Shown piece by piece: positions 1 to 13,550 of a stretch of DNA of 64,000 bases (position 1 is the first letter of the stretch; each line of letters opens with the position of its first letter). The position numbers and the translations under genes are program-made. Source of the DNA: Eledone cirrhosa (taxonomy: Eukaryota); assembly GCA_964016885.1 (NCBI GenBank), contig OZ024744.1, positions 22,258,001 through 22,322,000 on the forward strand, given 5' to 3'. A model generated the notes under the pieces. The model was given only the letters and a program-made list of their open reading frames with translations. It had not been told where the DNA came from and searched no databases.

Positions 1-3000
1 GTGAGATGTTGTTGTGGTCAGTTAGGTTGACATAGATAACATAGAGTGAGATGTTGTCGTGGTGGTCAGTTTGGTTGACATAGATAACATAGGTGGGATG
101 TTGTCGTGGTGGTCAGTTACGTTGACATAGATAACATAGGTGAGATGTTGTCGTGGTGGTCAGTTAGGTTTACATAGATAACATAGAGTGAGATGTTGTC
201 GTGGTGGTCTTTTAGGTTGACATAGATAACATAGGTGGGATGTTGTCGTGGTGGTCAGTTAGGTTGACATAGATAACATAGGTGAGATGTTGTCGTGGTG
301 GTCAGTTAGGTTGACATAGATAACATAGAGTGAGATGTTGTCGTGGTGGTCAGTTAGGTTGACATAGATAACATAGGTGGGATGTTGTCGTGGTGGTCAG
401 TTAGGTTGACATAGATAACATTGGTGAGATGTTGTCGTGGTGGTCAGTTAGGTTGACACAGATAACATAGGTGGGATGTTGTCGGGGTGGTCAGTTAGGT
501 TGACATAGATAACATAGAGTGAGATGTTGTCGTGGTGGTCAGGTAGGTTGACATAGATAACATAGGTGGGATGTTGTTGTGGTGGCCAGTTAGGTTGACA
601 AAGATAACATTGGTGTGATGTTGTAGTGGTGGTCAGTTAGGTTGACATAGATAACATAGAGTGAGATGTTGTCGTGGTGGTCAGTTAGGTTGACATAGAT
701 AACATAGAGTGAGATGTTGTCGTGGTGGTCTTTTAGGTTGACATAGATATCATAGGTGGGATGTTGTCGTGGTGGTCAGTTAGGTTGACATAGATAACAT
801 AGAGTGAGATGTTGTCGTGGTGGTCAGGTAGGTTGACATAGATAACATAGGTGGGATGTTGTTGTGGTGGTCAGTTAGGTTGACATAGATAACATTGGTG
901 TGATGTTGTAGTGGTGGTCAGTTAGGTTGACATAGATAACATTTGTGAGATGTTGTCGTGGTGGTCAGTTAGGTTGACACAGATAACATAGGTGGGATGT
1001 TGGGGTGGTGGTCAGATAGGTTGACATAGATAACATAGGTGGTATGTTGTCGTGGTGGTCAGTTAGGTTGACATAGATATCATAGAGTGAGATGTTTTCG
1101 TGGTGGTCAGTTAGGTTGACATAGATAACATAGAGTGAGATGTTGTCGTGGTGGTCAGTTAGGTTGACATAGATAACATAGGTGGGATGTTGTCGTGGTC
1201 AGTTAGGTTGACATAGATAACATAGAGTGAGATGTTGTCGTCGTGGTCAGTTAGGCTGACATAGAGAGCATAGAGTGAGATGTTGTTGTGGTCAGTTAGG
1301 TTGACATAGATAACATAGAGTGAGATGTTGTCGTGGTGGTCAGTTTGGTTGACATAGATAACATAGGTGGGATGTTGTCGTGGTGGTCAGTTACGTTGAC
1401 ATAGATAACATAGGTGAGATGTTGTCGTGGTGGTCAGTTAGGTTGACATAGATAACATAGAGTGAGATGTTGTCGTTGTGGTCAGTTAGGTTGCCATAGA
1501 TAACAAAGAGTAAGATGTTGTCGTGGTGGTCAGATAGCTGGACATAGATAACATAGGTGGGATGTTGTCGTGGTGGTCAGTTAGGTTTACATAGATAACA
1601 TAGGTGGGATGTTGTCGTGGTGGTCAGTTAGGTTTACATAGATAACATAGAGTGAGATGTTGTCGTGGTGGTCTTTTAGGTTGACATAGATAACATAGGT
1701 GGGATGTTGTCGTGGTGGTCAGTTAGGTTGACATAGATAACATAGGTGAGATGTTGTCGTGGTGGTCAGTTAGGTTGACATAGATAACATAGAGTGAGAT
1801 GTTGTCGTGGTGGTCAGTTAGGTTGACATAGATAACATAGGTGGGATGTTGTCGTGGTGGTCAGTTAGGTTGACATAGATAACATTGGTGAGATGTTGTC
1901 GTGGTGGTCAGTTAGGTTGACATAGATAACATTGAGTGAGATGTTGTCGTGGTGGTCAGTTAGGTTGACACAGATAACATAGGTGGGATGTTGTCGGGGT
2001 GGTCAGTTAGGTTGACATAGATAACATAGAGTGAGATGTTGTCGTGGTGGTCAGGTAGGTTGACATAGATAACATAGGTGGGATGTTGTTGTGGTGGTCA
2101 GTTAGGTTGACATAGATAACATAGAGTGAGATGTTGTCGTGGTGGTCAGGTAGGTTGACATAGATAACATAGGTGGGATGTTGTTGTGGTGGTCAGTTAG
2201 GTTGACATAGATAACATAGAGTGAGATGTTGTCGTGGTGGTCAGGTAGGTTGACATAGATAACATAGGTGGGATGTTGTTGTGGTGGCCAGTTAGGTTGA
2301 CATAGATAACATTGGTGTGATGTTGTAGTGGTGGTCAGTTAGGTTGACATAGATAACATTTGTGAGATGTTGTCGTGGTGGTCAGTTAGGTTGACACAGA
2401 TAACATAGGTGGGATGTTGGGGTGGTGGTCAGTTAGGTTGGCATAGATAACATAGGTGGGATGTTGTCGTGGTCAGTTAGGTTGACATAGATAACATAGA
2501 GTGAGATGTTGTCGTCGTGTTCAGTTAGGCTGACATAGAGAGCATAGAGTGAGATGTTGTCGTGGTGGTCAGTTAGGTTGACATAGATAACATAGAGTGA
2601 GATGTTGTTGTGGTCAGTTAGGTTGACGTAGATAACATAGAGTGAGATGTTGTCGTGGTGGTCAGTTTGGTTGACATAGATAACATAGGTGGGATGTTGT
2701 CGTGGTGGTCAGTTACGTTGACATAGATAACATAGGTGAGATGTTGTCGTGGTGGTCAGTTAGGTTGACATAGATAACATAGGTGGGATGTTGTCGTGGT
2801 GGTCAGTTAGGTTGACATAGATAACATTGGTGAGATGTTGTCGTTGCGGTCAGTTAGGTTGCCATAGATAACAAAGAGTAAGATGTTGTCGTGGTGGTCA
2901 GATAGCTGGACATAGATAACATAGGTGGGATGTTGTCGTGGTGGTCAGTTAGGTTGACATAGATAATATTGGTGAGATGTTGTCGTTGTGGTCAGTTAGG

Positions 3001-3949
3001 TTGCCATAGATAACAAAGAGTAAGATGTTGTGGTGGTCAGATAGGTGGGATGTTGTCGTGGTGGTCAGTTAGGTTTACATAGATAACATAGAGTGAGATG
3101 TTGTCGTGGTGGTCTTTTAGGTTGACATAGATAACATAGGTGGGATGTTGTCGTGGTGGTCAGTTAGGTTGACATAGATAACATAGATGAGATGTTGTCG
3201 TGGTGGTCAGTTAGGTTGACATAGATAACATAGAGTGAGATGTTGTCGTGGTGGTCAGTTAGGTTGACATAGATAACATAGGTGGGATGTTGTCGTGGTG
3301 GTCAGTTAGGTTGACATAGATAACATTGGTGAGATGTTGTCGTGGTGGTCAGTTAGGTTGACATAGATAACATTGGTGAGATGTTGTCGTGGTGGTCAGT
3401 TAGGTTGACACAGATAACATAGGTGGGATGTTGTCGGGGTGGTCAGTTAGGTTGACTTAGATAACATAGAGTGAGATGTTGTCGTGGTGGTCAGGTAGGT
3501 TGACATAGATAACATAGGTGGGATGTTGTTGTGGTGGCCAGTTAGGTTGACATAGATAACATTGGTGTGATGTTGTAGTGGTGGTCAGTTACGTTGACAT
3601 AGATAACATTTGTGAGATGTTGTCGTGGTGGTCAGTTAGGTTGACACAGATAACATAGGTGGGATGTTGGGGTGGTGGTCAGTTAGGTTGACATAGATAA
3701 CATAGAGTGAGATGTTTTCGTGGTGGTCAGTTAGGTTGACAGATAACATAGAGTGAGATGTTGTCGTGGTGGTCAGTTAGGTTGACATAGATAACATAGG
3801 TGGGATGTTGTCGTGGTCAGTTAGGTTGACATAGATAACATAGAGTGAGATGTTGTCGTGGTGGTCAGTTTGGTTGACATGGATAACATAGGTGGGATGT
3901 TGTCGTGGTGGTCAGTTGCGTTGACATAGATAACATAGGTGAGATGTTG

Positions 3950-6900
3950 TCGTGGTGGTCAGTTAGGTTGACATAGATAACATAGAGTGAGATGTTGTCG
4001 TTGTGGTCAGTTAGGTTGCCATAGATAACAAAGAGTAAGATGTTGTCGTGGTGGTCAGATAGCTGGACATAGATAACATAGGTGGGATGTTGTCGTGGTG
4101 GTCAGTTAGGTTTACATAGATAACATAGAGTGAGATGTTGTCGTGGTGGTCTTTTAGGTTGACATAGATAACATAGGTGGGATGTTGTCGTGGTGGTCAG
4201 TTAGGTTGACATAGATAACATAGGTGAGATGTTGTCGTGGTGGTCAGTTAGGTTGACATAGATAACATAGGTGGGATGTTGTCGTGGTGGTCAGTTAGGT
4301 TGACATAGATAACATTGGTGAGATGTTGTCGTTGTGGTCAGTTAGGTTGCCATAGATAACAAAGAGTAAGATGTTGTCGTGGTGGTCAGATAGCTGGACA
4401 TAGATAACATAGGTGGGATGTTGTCGTGGTGGTCAGTTAGGTTTACATAGATAACATAGAGTGAGATGTTGTCGTGGTGGTCAGTTAGGTTGACACAGAT
4501 AACATAGGTGGGATGTTGTCGTGGTGGTCAGTTAGGTTGACATAGATAACATAGAGTGAGATGTTTTCGTGGTGGTCAGTTAGGTTGACATAGATAACAT
4601 AGAGTGAGATGTTGTCGTGGTGGTCAGTTAGGTTGACATAGATAACATAGGTGGGATGTTGTCGTGGTGGTCAGTTAGGTTGACATAGATAACATTGGTG
4701 AGATGTTGTCGTGGTGGTCAGTTAGGTTGACATAGATAACATAGGTGGGATGTTGTCGTGGTCAGTTAGGTTGACATAGATAACAAAGAGTGAGATGTTG
4801 TCGTCGTGGTCAGTTAGGCTGACATAGAGAGCATAGAGTGAGATGTTGTTGTGGTCAGTTTGGTTGACATAGATAACATAGAGTGAGATGTTGTCGTTGT
4901 GGTCAGTTAGGTTGCCTTAGATAACAAAGAGTAAGATGTTGTCGTGGTGGTCAGATAGCTGGACATAGATAACATAGGTGGGATGTTGTCGTGGTGGTCA
5001 GTTAGGTTTACATAGATAACATAGTGTGAGATGTTGTCGTGGTGGTCTTTTAGGTTGACATAGATAACATAGGTGGGATGTTGTCGTGGTGGTCAGTTAG
5101 GTTGACATAGATAACATAGGTGAGATGTTGTCGTGGTGGTCAGTTAGGTTGACATAGATAACATAGAGTGAGATGTTGTCGTGGTGGTCAGTTAGGTTGA
5201 CATAGATAACATAGGTGGGATGTTGTCGTGGTGGTCAGTTAGGTTGACATAGATAACATTGGTGAGATGTTGTCGTGGTGGTCAGTTAGGTTGACATAGA
5301 TAACATTGGTGAGATGTTGTCGTGGTGGTCAGTTAGGTTGACACAGATAACATAGGTGGGATGTTGTCGGGGTGGTCAGTTACGTTGACATAGATAACAT
5401 AGGTGAGATGTTGTCGTGGTGGTCAGTTAGGTTGACATAGATAACATAGAGTGAGATGTTGTCGTTGTGGTCAGTTAGGTTGCCATAGATAACAAAGAGT
5501 AAGATGTTGTCGTGGTGGTCAGATAGCTGGACATAGATAACATAGGTGGGATGTTGTCGTGGTGGTCAGTTAGGTTTACATAGATAACATAGAGTGAGAT
5601 GTTGTAGTGGTGGTCTTTTAGCTTGACATAGATAACATAGGTGGGATGTTGTCGTGGTGGTCAGTTAGGTTGACATAGATAACATAGGTGAGATGTTGTC
5701 GTGGTGGTCAGTTAGGTTGACATAGATAACATAGAGTGAGATGTTGTCGTGGTGGTCAGTTATGTTGACATAGATAACATAGGTGGGATGTTGTCGTGGT
5801 GGTCAGTTAGGTTGACATAGATAACATTGGTGAGATGTTGTCGTGGTGGTCAGTTAGGTTGACATAGATAACATTGGTGAGATGTTGTCGTGGTGGTCAG
5901 TTAGGTTGACACAGATAACATAGGTGGGATGTTGTCGGGGTGGTCAGTTAGGTTGACATAGATAACATAGAGTGAGATGTTGTCGTGGTGGTCAGGTAGG
6001 TTGACATAGATAACATAGGTGGGATGTTGTTGTGGTGGTCAGTTAGGTTGACATAGATAACATTGGTGTGATGTTGTAGTGGTGGTCAGTTAGGTTGACA
6101 TAGATAACATTTGTGAGATGTTGTCGTGGTGGTCAGTTAGGTTGACACAGATAACATAGGTGGGATGTTGGGGTGGTGGTCAGTTAGGTTGACATAGATA
6201 ACATAGATGGGATGTTGTCTTGGTGGTCAGTTAGGTTGACATAGATAACATAGAGTGAGAGGTTGTCGTGGTGGTCAGTTAGGTTGACATAGATAACATA
6301 GAGTGAGATGTTTTCGTGGTGGTCAGTTAGGTTGACATAGATAACATAGAGTGAGATGTTGTCGTGGTGGTCAGTTAGGTTGACATAGATAACATAGGTG
6401 GGATGTTGTCGTGGTCAGTTAGGTTGACATATATAACATAGAGTGAGATGTTGTCGTCGTGGTCAGTTAGGCTGACATAGAGAGCATAGAGTGAGATGTT
6501 GTTGTGGTCAGTTAGGTTGACATAGATAACATAGAGTGAGATGTTGTCGTGGTGGTCAGTTTGGTTGACATAGATAACATAGGTGGGATGTTGTCGTGGT
6601 GGTCAGTTACGTTGACATAGATAACATAGGTGAGATGTTGTCGTGGTGGTCAGTTAGGTTGACATAGATAACATAGAGTGAGATGTTGTCGTTGTGGTCA
6701 GTTAGGTTGCCATAGATAACAAAGAGTAAGATGTTGTCGTGGTGGTCAGATAGCTGGACATAGATAACATAGGTGGGATGTTGTCGTGGTGGTCAGTTAG
6801 GTTTACATAGATAACATAGAGTGAGATGTTGTCGTGGTGGTCTTTTAGGTTGACATAGATAACATAGGTGGGATGTTGTCGTGGTGGTCAGTTAGGTTGA

Positions 6901-9900
6901 CATAGATAACATAGGTGAGATGTTGTCGTGGTGGTCAGTTAGGTTGACATAGATAACATAGAGTGAGATGTTGTCGTGGTGGTCAGTTAGGTTGACATAG
7001 ATAACATAGGTGGGATGTTGTCATGGTGGTCAGTTAGGTTGACATAGATAATATTGGTGAGATGTTGTCGTTGTGGTCAGTTAGGTTGCCATAGATAACA
7101 AAGAGTAAGATGTTGTCGTGGTGGTCAGATAGCTGGACATAGATAACATAGGTGGGATGTTGTCGTGGTGGTCAGTTAGGTTTACATAGATAACATAGAG
7201 TGAGATGTTGTCGTAGTGGTCTTTTAGGTTGACATAGATAACATAGGTGGGATGTTGTCGTGGTGGTCAGTTAGGTTGACATAGATAACATAGGTGAGAT
7301 GTTGTCGTGGTGGTCAGTTAGGTTGACATAGATAACATAGAGTGAGATGTTGTCGTGGTGGTCAGTTAGGTTGACATAGATAACATAGGTGGGATGTTGT
7401 CGTGGTGGTCAGTTAGGTTGACATAGATAACATTGGTGAGATGTTGTCGTGGTGGTCAGTTAGGTTGACATAGATAACATTGGTGAGATGTTGTCGTGGT
7501 GGTCAGTTAGGTTGACACAGATATTATAGGTGGGATGTTGTCGGGGTGGTCAGTTAGGTTGACATAGATAACATAGAGTGAGATGTTGTCGTGGTGGTCA
7601 GGTAGGTTGACATAGATAACATAGGTGGGATGTTGTTGTGGTGGCCAGTTAGGTTGACATAGATAACATTGGTGTGATGTTGTAGTGGTGGTCAGTTAGG
7701 TTGACATAGATAACATTTGTGAGATGTTGTCGTGGTGGTCAGTTAGATTGACACAGATAACATAGGTGGGATGTTGGGGTGGTGGTCAGTTAGGTTGACA
7801 TAGATAACATAGAGTGAGATGTTTTCGTGGTGGTCAGTTAGGTTGACATAGATAACATAGAGTGAGATGTTGTCGTGGTGGTCAGTTAGGTTGACATAGA
7901 TAACATAGGTGGGATGTTGTCGTGGTCAGTTAGGTTGACATAGATAACATAGAGTGAGATGTTGTCGTCGTGGTCAGTTAGGCTGACATAGAGAGCATAG
8001 AGTTAGATGTTGTTGTGGTCAGTTAGGTTGACATAGATAACATAGAGTGAGATGTTGTCGTGGTGGTCAGTTAGGTTGACATAGATAACATTGGTGAGAT
8101 GTTGTCATGGTGGTCAGTTAGGTTGACATAGATAACATAGAGTGAGATGTTGTCGTGGTGGTCAGTTAGGTTGACATAGATAACATAGAGTGAGATGTTG
8201 TCGTGGTGGTCAGTTTGGTTGACATAGATAACATAGGTGGGATGTTGTCGTGGTGGTCAGTTAGGTTGACATAGATAACATAGAGTGAGATGTTGTCGTT
8301 GTGGTCAGTTAGGTTGCCATAGATAACAAAGAGTAAGATGTTGTCGTGGTGGTCAGATAGCTGGACATAGATAACATAGGTGGGATGTTGTCGTGGTGGT
8401 CAGTTAGGTTTACATAGATAACATAGAGTGAGATGTTGTCGTGGTGGTCTTTTAGGTTGACATAGATAACATAGGTGGGATGTTGTCGTGGTGGTCAGTT
8501 AGGTTGACATAGATAACATAGGTGAGATGTTGTCGTGGTGGTCAGTTAGGTTGACATAGATAACATAGGTGGGATGTTGTCGTGGTGGTCAGTTAGGTTG
8601 ACATAGATAACATTGGTGAGATGTTGTCGTTGTGGTCAGTTAGGTTGCCATAGATAACAAAGAGTAAGATGTTGTCGTGGTGGTCAGATAGCTGGACATA
8701 GATAACATAGGTGGGATGTTGTCGTGGTGGTCAGTTAGGTTTACATAGATAACATAGAGTGAGATGTTGTCGTGGTGGTCAGTTAGGTTGACACAGATAA
8801 CATAGGTGGGATGTTGTCGTGGTGGTCAGTTAGGTTGACATAGATAACATAGAGTGAGATGTTTTCGTGGTGGTCAGTTAGGTTGACATAGATAACATAG
8901 AGTGAGATGTTGTCGTGGTGGTCAGTTAGGTTGACATAGATAACATAGGTGGGATGTTGTCGTGGTGGTCAGTTAGGTTGACATAGATAACATTGGTGAG
9001 ATGTTGTCGTGGTGGTCAGTTAGGTTGACATAGATAACATAGGTGGGATGTTGTCGTGGTCAGTTAGGTTGACATAGATAACAAAGAGTGAGATGTTGTC
9101 GTCGTGGTCAGTTAGGCTGACATAGAGAGCATAGAGTGAGATGTTGTTGTGGTCAGTTTGGTTGACATAGATAACATAGAGTGAGATGTTGTCGTTGTGG
9201 TCAGTTAGGTTGCCTTAGATAACAAAGAGTAAGATGTTGTCGTGGTGGTCAGATAGCTGGACATAGATAACATAGGTGGGATGTTGTCGTGGTGGTCAGT
9301 TAGGTTTACATAGATAACATAGTGTGAGATGTTGTCGTGGTGGTCTTTTAGGTTGACATAGATAACATAGGTGGGATGTTGTCGTGGTGGTCAGTTAGGT
9401 TGACATAGATAACATAGGTGAGATGTTGTCGTGGTGGTCAGTTAGGTTGACATAGATAACATAGAGTGAGATGTTGTCGTGGTGGTCAGTTAGGTTGACA
9501 TAGATAACATAGGTGGGATGTTGTCGTGGTGGTCAGTTAGGTTGACATAGATAACATTGGTGAGATGTTGTCGTGGTGGTCAGTTAGTTTGACATAGATA
9601 ACATTGGTGAGATGTTGTCGTGGTGGTCAGTTAGGTTGACACAGATAACATAGGTGGGATGTTGTCGGGGTGGTCAGTTACGTTGACATAGATAACATAG
9701 GTGAGATGTTGTCGTGGTGGTCAGTTAGGTTGACATAGATAACATAGAGTGAGATGTTGTCGTTGTGGTCAGTTAGGTTGCCATAGATAACAAAGAGTAA
9801 GATGTTGTCGTGGTGGTCAGATAGCTGGACATAGATAACATAGGTGGGATGTTGTCGTGGTGGTCAGTTAGGTTTACATAGATAACATAGAGTGAGATGT

Positions 9901-12900
9901 TGTAGTGGTGGTCAGTTAGGTTGACATAGATAACATAGGTGGGATGTTGTCGTGGTGGTCAGTTAGGTTGACATAGATAACATTGGTGAGATGTTGTCGT
10001 GGTGGTCAGTTAGGTTGACATAGATAACATAGGTGGGATGTTGTCGTGGTCAGTTAGGTTGACATAGATAACAAAGAGTGAGATGTTGTCGTCGTGGTCA
10101 GTTAGGCTGACATAGAGAGCATAGAGTGAGATGTTGTTGTGGTCAGTTTGGTTGACATAGATAACATAGAGTGAGATGTTGTCGTTGTGGTCAGTTAGGT
10201 TGCCTTAGATAACAAAGAGTAAGATGTTGTCGTGGTGGTCAGATAGCTGGACATAGATAACATAGGTGGGATGTTGTCGTGGTGGTCAGTTAGGTTTACA
10301 TAGATAACATAGTGTGAGATGTTGTCGTGGTGGTCTTTTAGGTTGACATAGATAACATAGGTGGGATGTTGTCGTGGTGGTCAGTTAGGTTGACATAGAT
10401 AACATAGGTGAGATGTTGTCGTGGTGGTCAGTTAGGTTGACATAGATAACATAGAGTGAGATGTTGTCGTGGTGGTCAGTTAGGTTGACATAGATAACAT
10501 AGGTGGGATGTTGTCGTGGTGGTCAGTTAGGTTGACATAGATAACATTGGTGAGATGTTGTCGTGGTGGTCAGTTAGGTTGACATAGATAACATTGGTGA
10601 GATGTTGTCGTGGTGGTCAGTTAGGTTGACACAGATAACATAGGTGGGATGTTGTCGGGGTGGTCAGTTACGTTGACATAGATAACATAGGTGAGATGTT
10701 GTCGTGGTGGTCAGTTAGGTTGACATAGATAACATAGAGTGAGATGTTGTCGTTGTGGTCAGTTAGGTTGCCATAGATAACAAAGAGTAAGATGTTGTCG
10801 TGGTGGTCAGATAGCTGGACATAGATAACATAGGTGGGATGTTGTCGTGGTGGTCAGTTAGGTTTACATAGATAACATAGAGTGAGATGTTGTAGTGGTG
10901 GTCTTTTAGCTTGACATAGATAACATAGGTGGGATGTTGTCGTGGTGGTCAGTTAGGTTGACATAGATAACATAGGTGAGATGTTGTCGTGGTGGTCAGT
11001 TAGGTTGACATAGATAACATAGAGTGAGATGTTGTCGTGGTGGTCAGTTATGTTGACATAGATAACATAGGTGGGATGTTGTCGTGGTGGTCAGTTAGGT
11101 TGACATAGATAACATTGGTGAGATGTTGTCGTGGTGGTCAGTTAGGTTGACATAGATAACATTGGTGAGATGTTGTCGTGGTGGTCAGTTAGGTTGACAC
11201 AGATAACATAGGTGGGATGTTGTCGGGGTGGTCAGTTAGGTTGACATAGATAACATAGAGTGAGATGTTGTCGTGGTGGTCAGGTAGGTTGACATAGATA
11301 ACATAGGTGGGATGTTGTTGTGGTGGTCAGTTAGGTTGACATAGATAACATTGGTGTGATGTTGTAGTGGTGGTCAGTTAGGTTGACATAGATAACATTT
11401 GTGAGATGTTGTCGTGGTGGTCAGTTAGGTTGACACAGATAACATAGGTGGGATGTTGGGGTGGTGGTCAGTTAGGTTGACATAGATAACATAGATGGGA
11501 TGTTGTCTTGGTGGTCAGTTAGGTTGACATAGATAACATAGAGTGAGAGGTTGTCGTGGTGGTCAGTTAGGTTGACATAGATAACATAGAGTGAGATGTT
11601 TTCGTGGTGGTCAGTTAGGTTGACATAGATAACATAGAGTGAGATGTTGTCGTGGTGGTCAGTTAGGTTGACATAGATAACATAGGTGGGATGTTGTCGT
11701 GGTCAGTTAGGTTGACATATATAACATAGAGTGAGATGTTGTCGTCGTGGTCAGTTAGGCTGACATAGAGAGCATAGAGTGAGATGTTGTTGTGGTCAGT
11801 TAGGTTGACATAGATAACATAGAGTGAGATGTTGTCGTGGTGGTCAGTTTGGTTGACATAGATAACATAGGTGGGATGTTGTCGTGGTGGTCAGTTACGT
11901 TGACATAGATAACATAGGTGAGATGTTGTCGTGGTGGTCAGTTAGGTTGACATAGATAACATAGAGTGAGATGTTGTCGTTGTGGTCAGTTAGGTTGCCA
12001 TAGATAACAAAGAGTAAGATGTTGTCGTGGTGGTCAGATAGCTGGACATAGATAACATAGGTGGGATGTTGTCGTGGTGGTCAGTTAGGTTTACATAGAT
12101 AACATAGAGTGAGATGTTGTCGTGGTGGTCTTTTAGGTTGACATAGATAACATAGGTGGGATGTTGTCGTGGTGGTCAGTTAGGTTGACATAGATAACAT
12201 AGGTGAGATGTTGTCGTGGTGGTCAGTTAGGTTGACATAGATAACATAGAGTGAGATGTTGTCGTGGTGGTCAGTTAGGTTGACATAGATAACATAGGTG
12301 GGATGTTGTCATGGTGGTCAGTTAGGTTGACATAGATAATATTGGTGAGATGTTGTCGTTGTGGTCAGTTAGGTTGCCATAGATAACAAAGAGTAAGATG
12401 TTGTCGTGGTGGTCAGATAGCTGGACATAGATAACATAGGTGGGATGTTGTCGTGGTGGTCAGTTAGGTTTACATAGATAACATAGAGTGAGATGTTGTC
12501 GTAGTGGTCTTTTAGGTTGACATAGATAACATAGGTGGGATGTTGTCGTGGTGGTCAGTTAGGTTGACATAGATAACATAGGTGAGATGTTGTCGTGGTG
12601 GTCAGTTAGGTTGACATAGATAACATAGAGTGAGATGTTGTCGTGGTGGTCAGTTAGGTTGACATAGATAACATAGGTGGGATGTTGTCGTGGTGGTCAG
12701 TTAGGTTGACATAGATAACATTGGTGAGATGTTGTCGTGGTGGTCAGTTAGGTTGACATAGATAACATTGGTGAGATGTTGTCGTGGTGGTCAGTTAGGT
12801 TGACACAGATATTATAGGTGGGATGTTGTCGGGGTGGTCAGTTAGGTTGACATAGATAACATAGAGTGAGATGTTGTCGTGGTGGTCAGGTAGGTTGACA

Positions 12901-13550
12901 TAGATAACATAGGTGGGATGTTGTTGTGGTGGCCAGTTAGGTTGACATAGATAACATTGGTGTGATGTTGTAGTGGTGGTCAGTTAGGTTGACATAGATA
13001 ACATTTGTGAGATGTTGTCGTGGTGGTCAGTTAGATTGACACAGATAACATAGGTGGGATGTTGGGGTGGTGGTCAGTTAGGTTGACATAGATAACATAG
13101 AGTGAGATGTTTTCGTGGTGGTCAGTTAGGTTGACATAGATAACATAGAGTGAGATGTTGTCGTGGTGGTCAGTTAGGTTGACATAGATAACATAGGTGG
13201 GATGTTGTCGTGGTCAGTTAGGTTGACATAGATAACATAGAGTGAGATGTTGTCGTCGTGGTCAGTTAGGCTGACATAGAGAGCATAGAGTTAGATGTTG
13301 TTGTGGTCAGTTAGGTTGACATAGATAACATAGAGTGAGATGTTGTCGTGGTGGTCAGTTAGGTTGACATAGATAACATTGGTGAGATGTTGTCATGGTG
13401 GTCAGTTAGGTTGACATAGATAACATAGAGTGAGATGTTGTCGTGGTGGTCAGTTAGGTTGACATAGATAACATAGAGTGAGATGTTGTCGTGGTGGTCA
13501 GTTTGGTTGACATAGATAACATAGGTGGGATGTTGTCGTGGTGGTCAGTT
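3950..13550 (+). repeat. 4,298-bp tandem duplication whose second copy contains a nested 990-bp duplication
   Basis: GTTGCCTTAG occurs at 4911, 9209 (+4298) and 10199 (+5288). TATGTTGACA (5761/11049), ATATTATAGG (7521/12809) and AGTTAGATTG (7741/13029) are all 5288 apart, which equals 4298+990. Confidence 0.85.
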
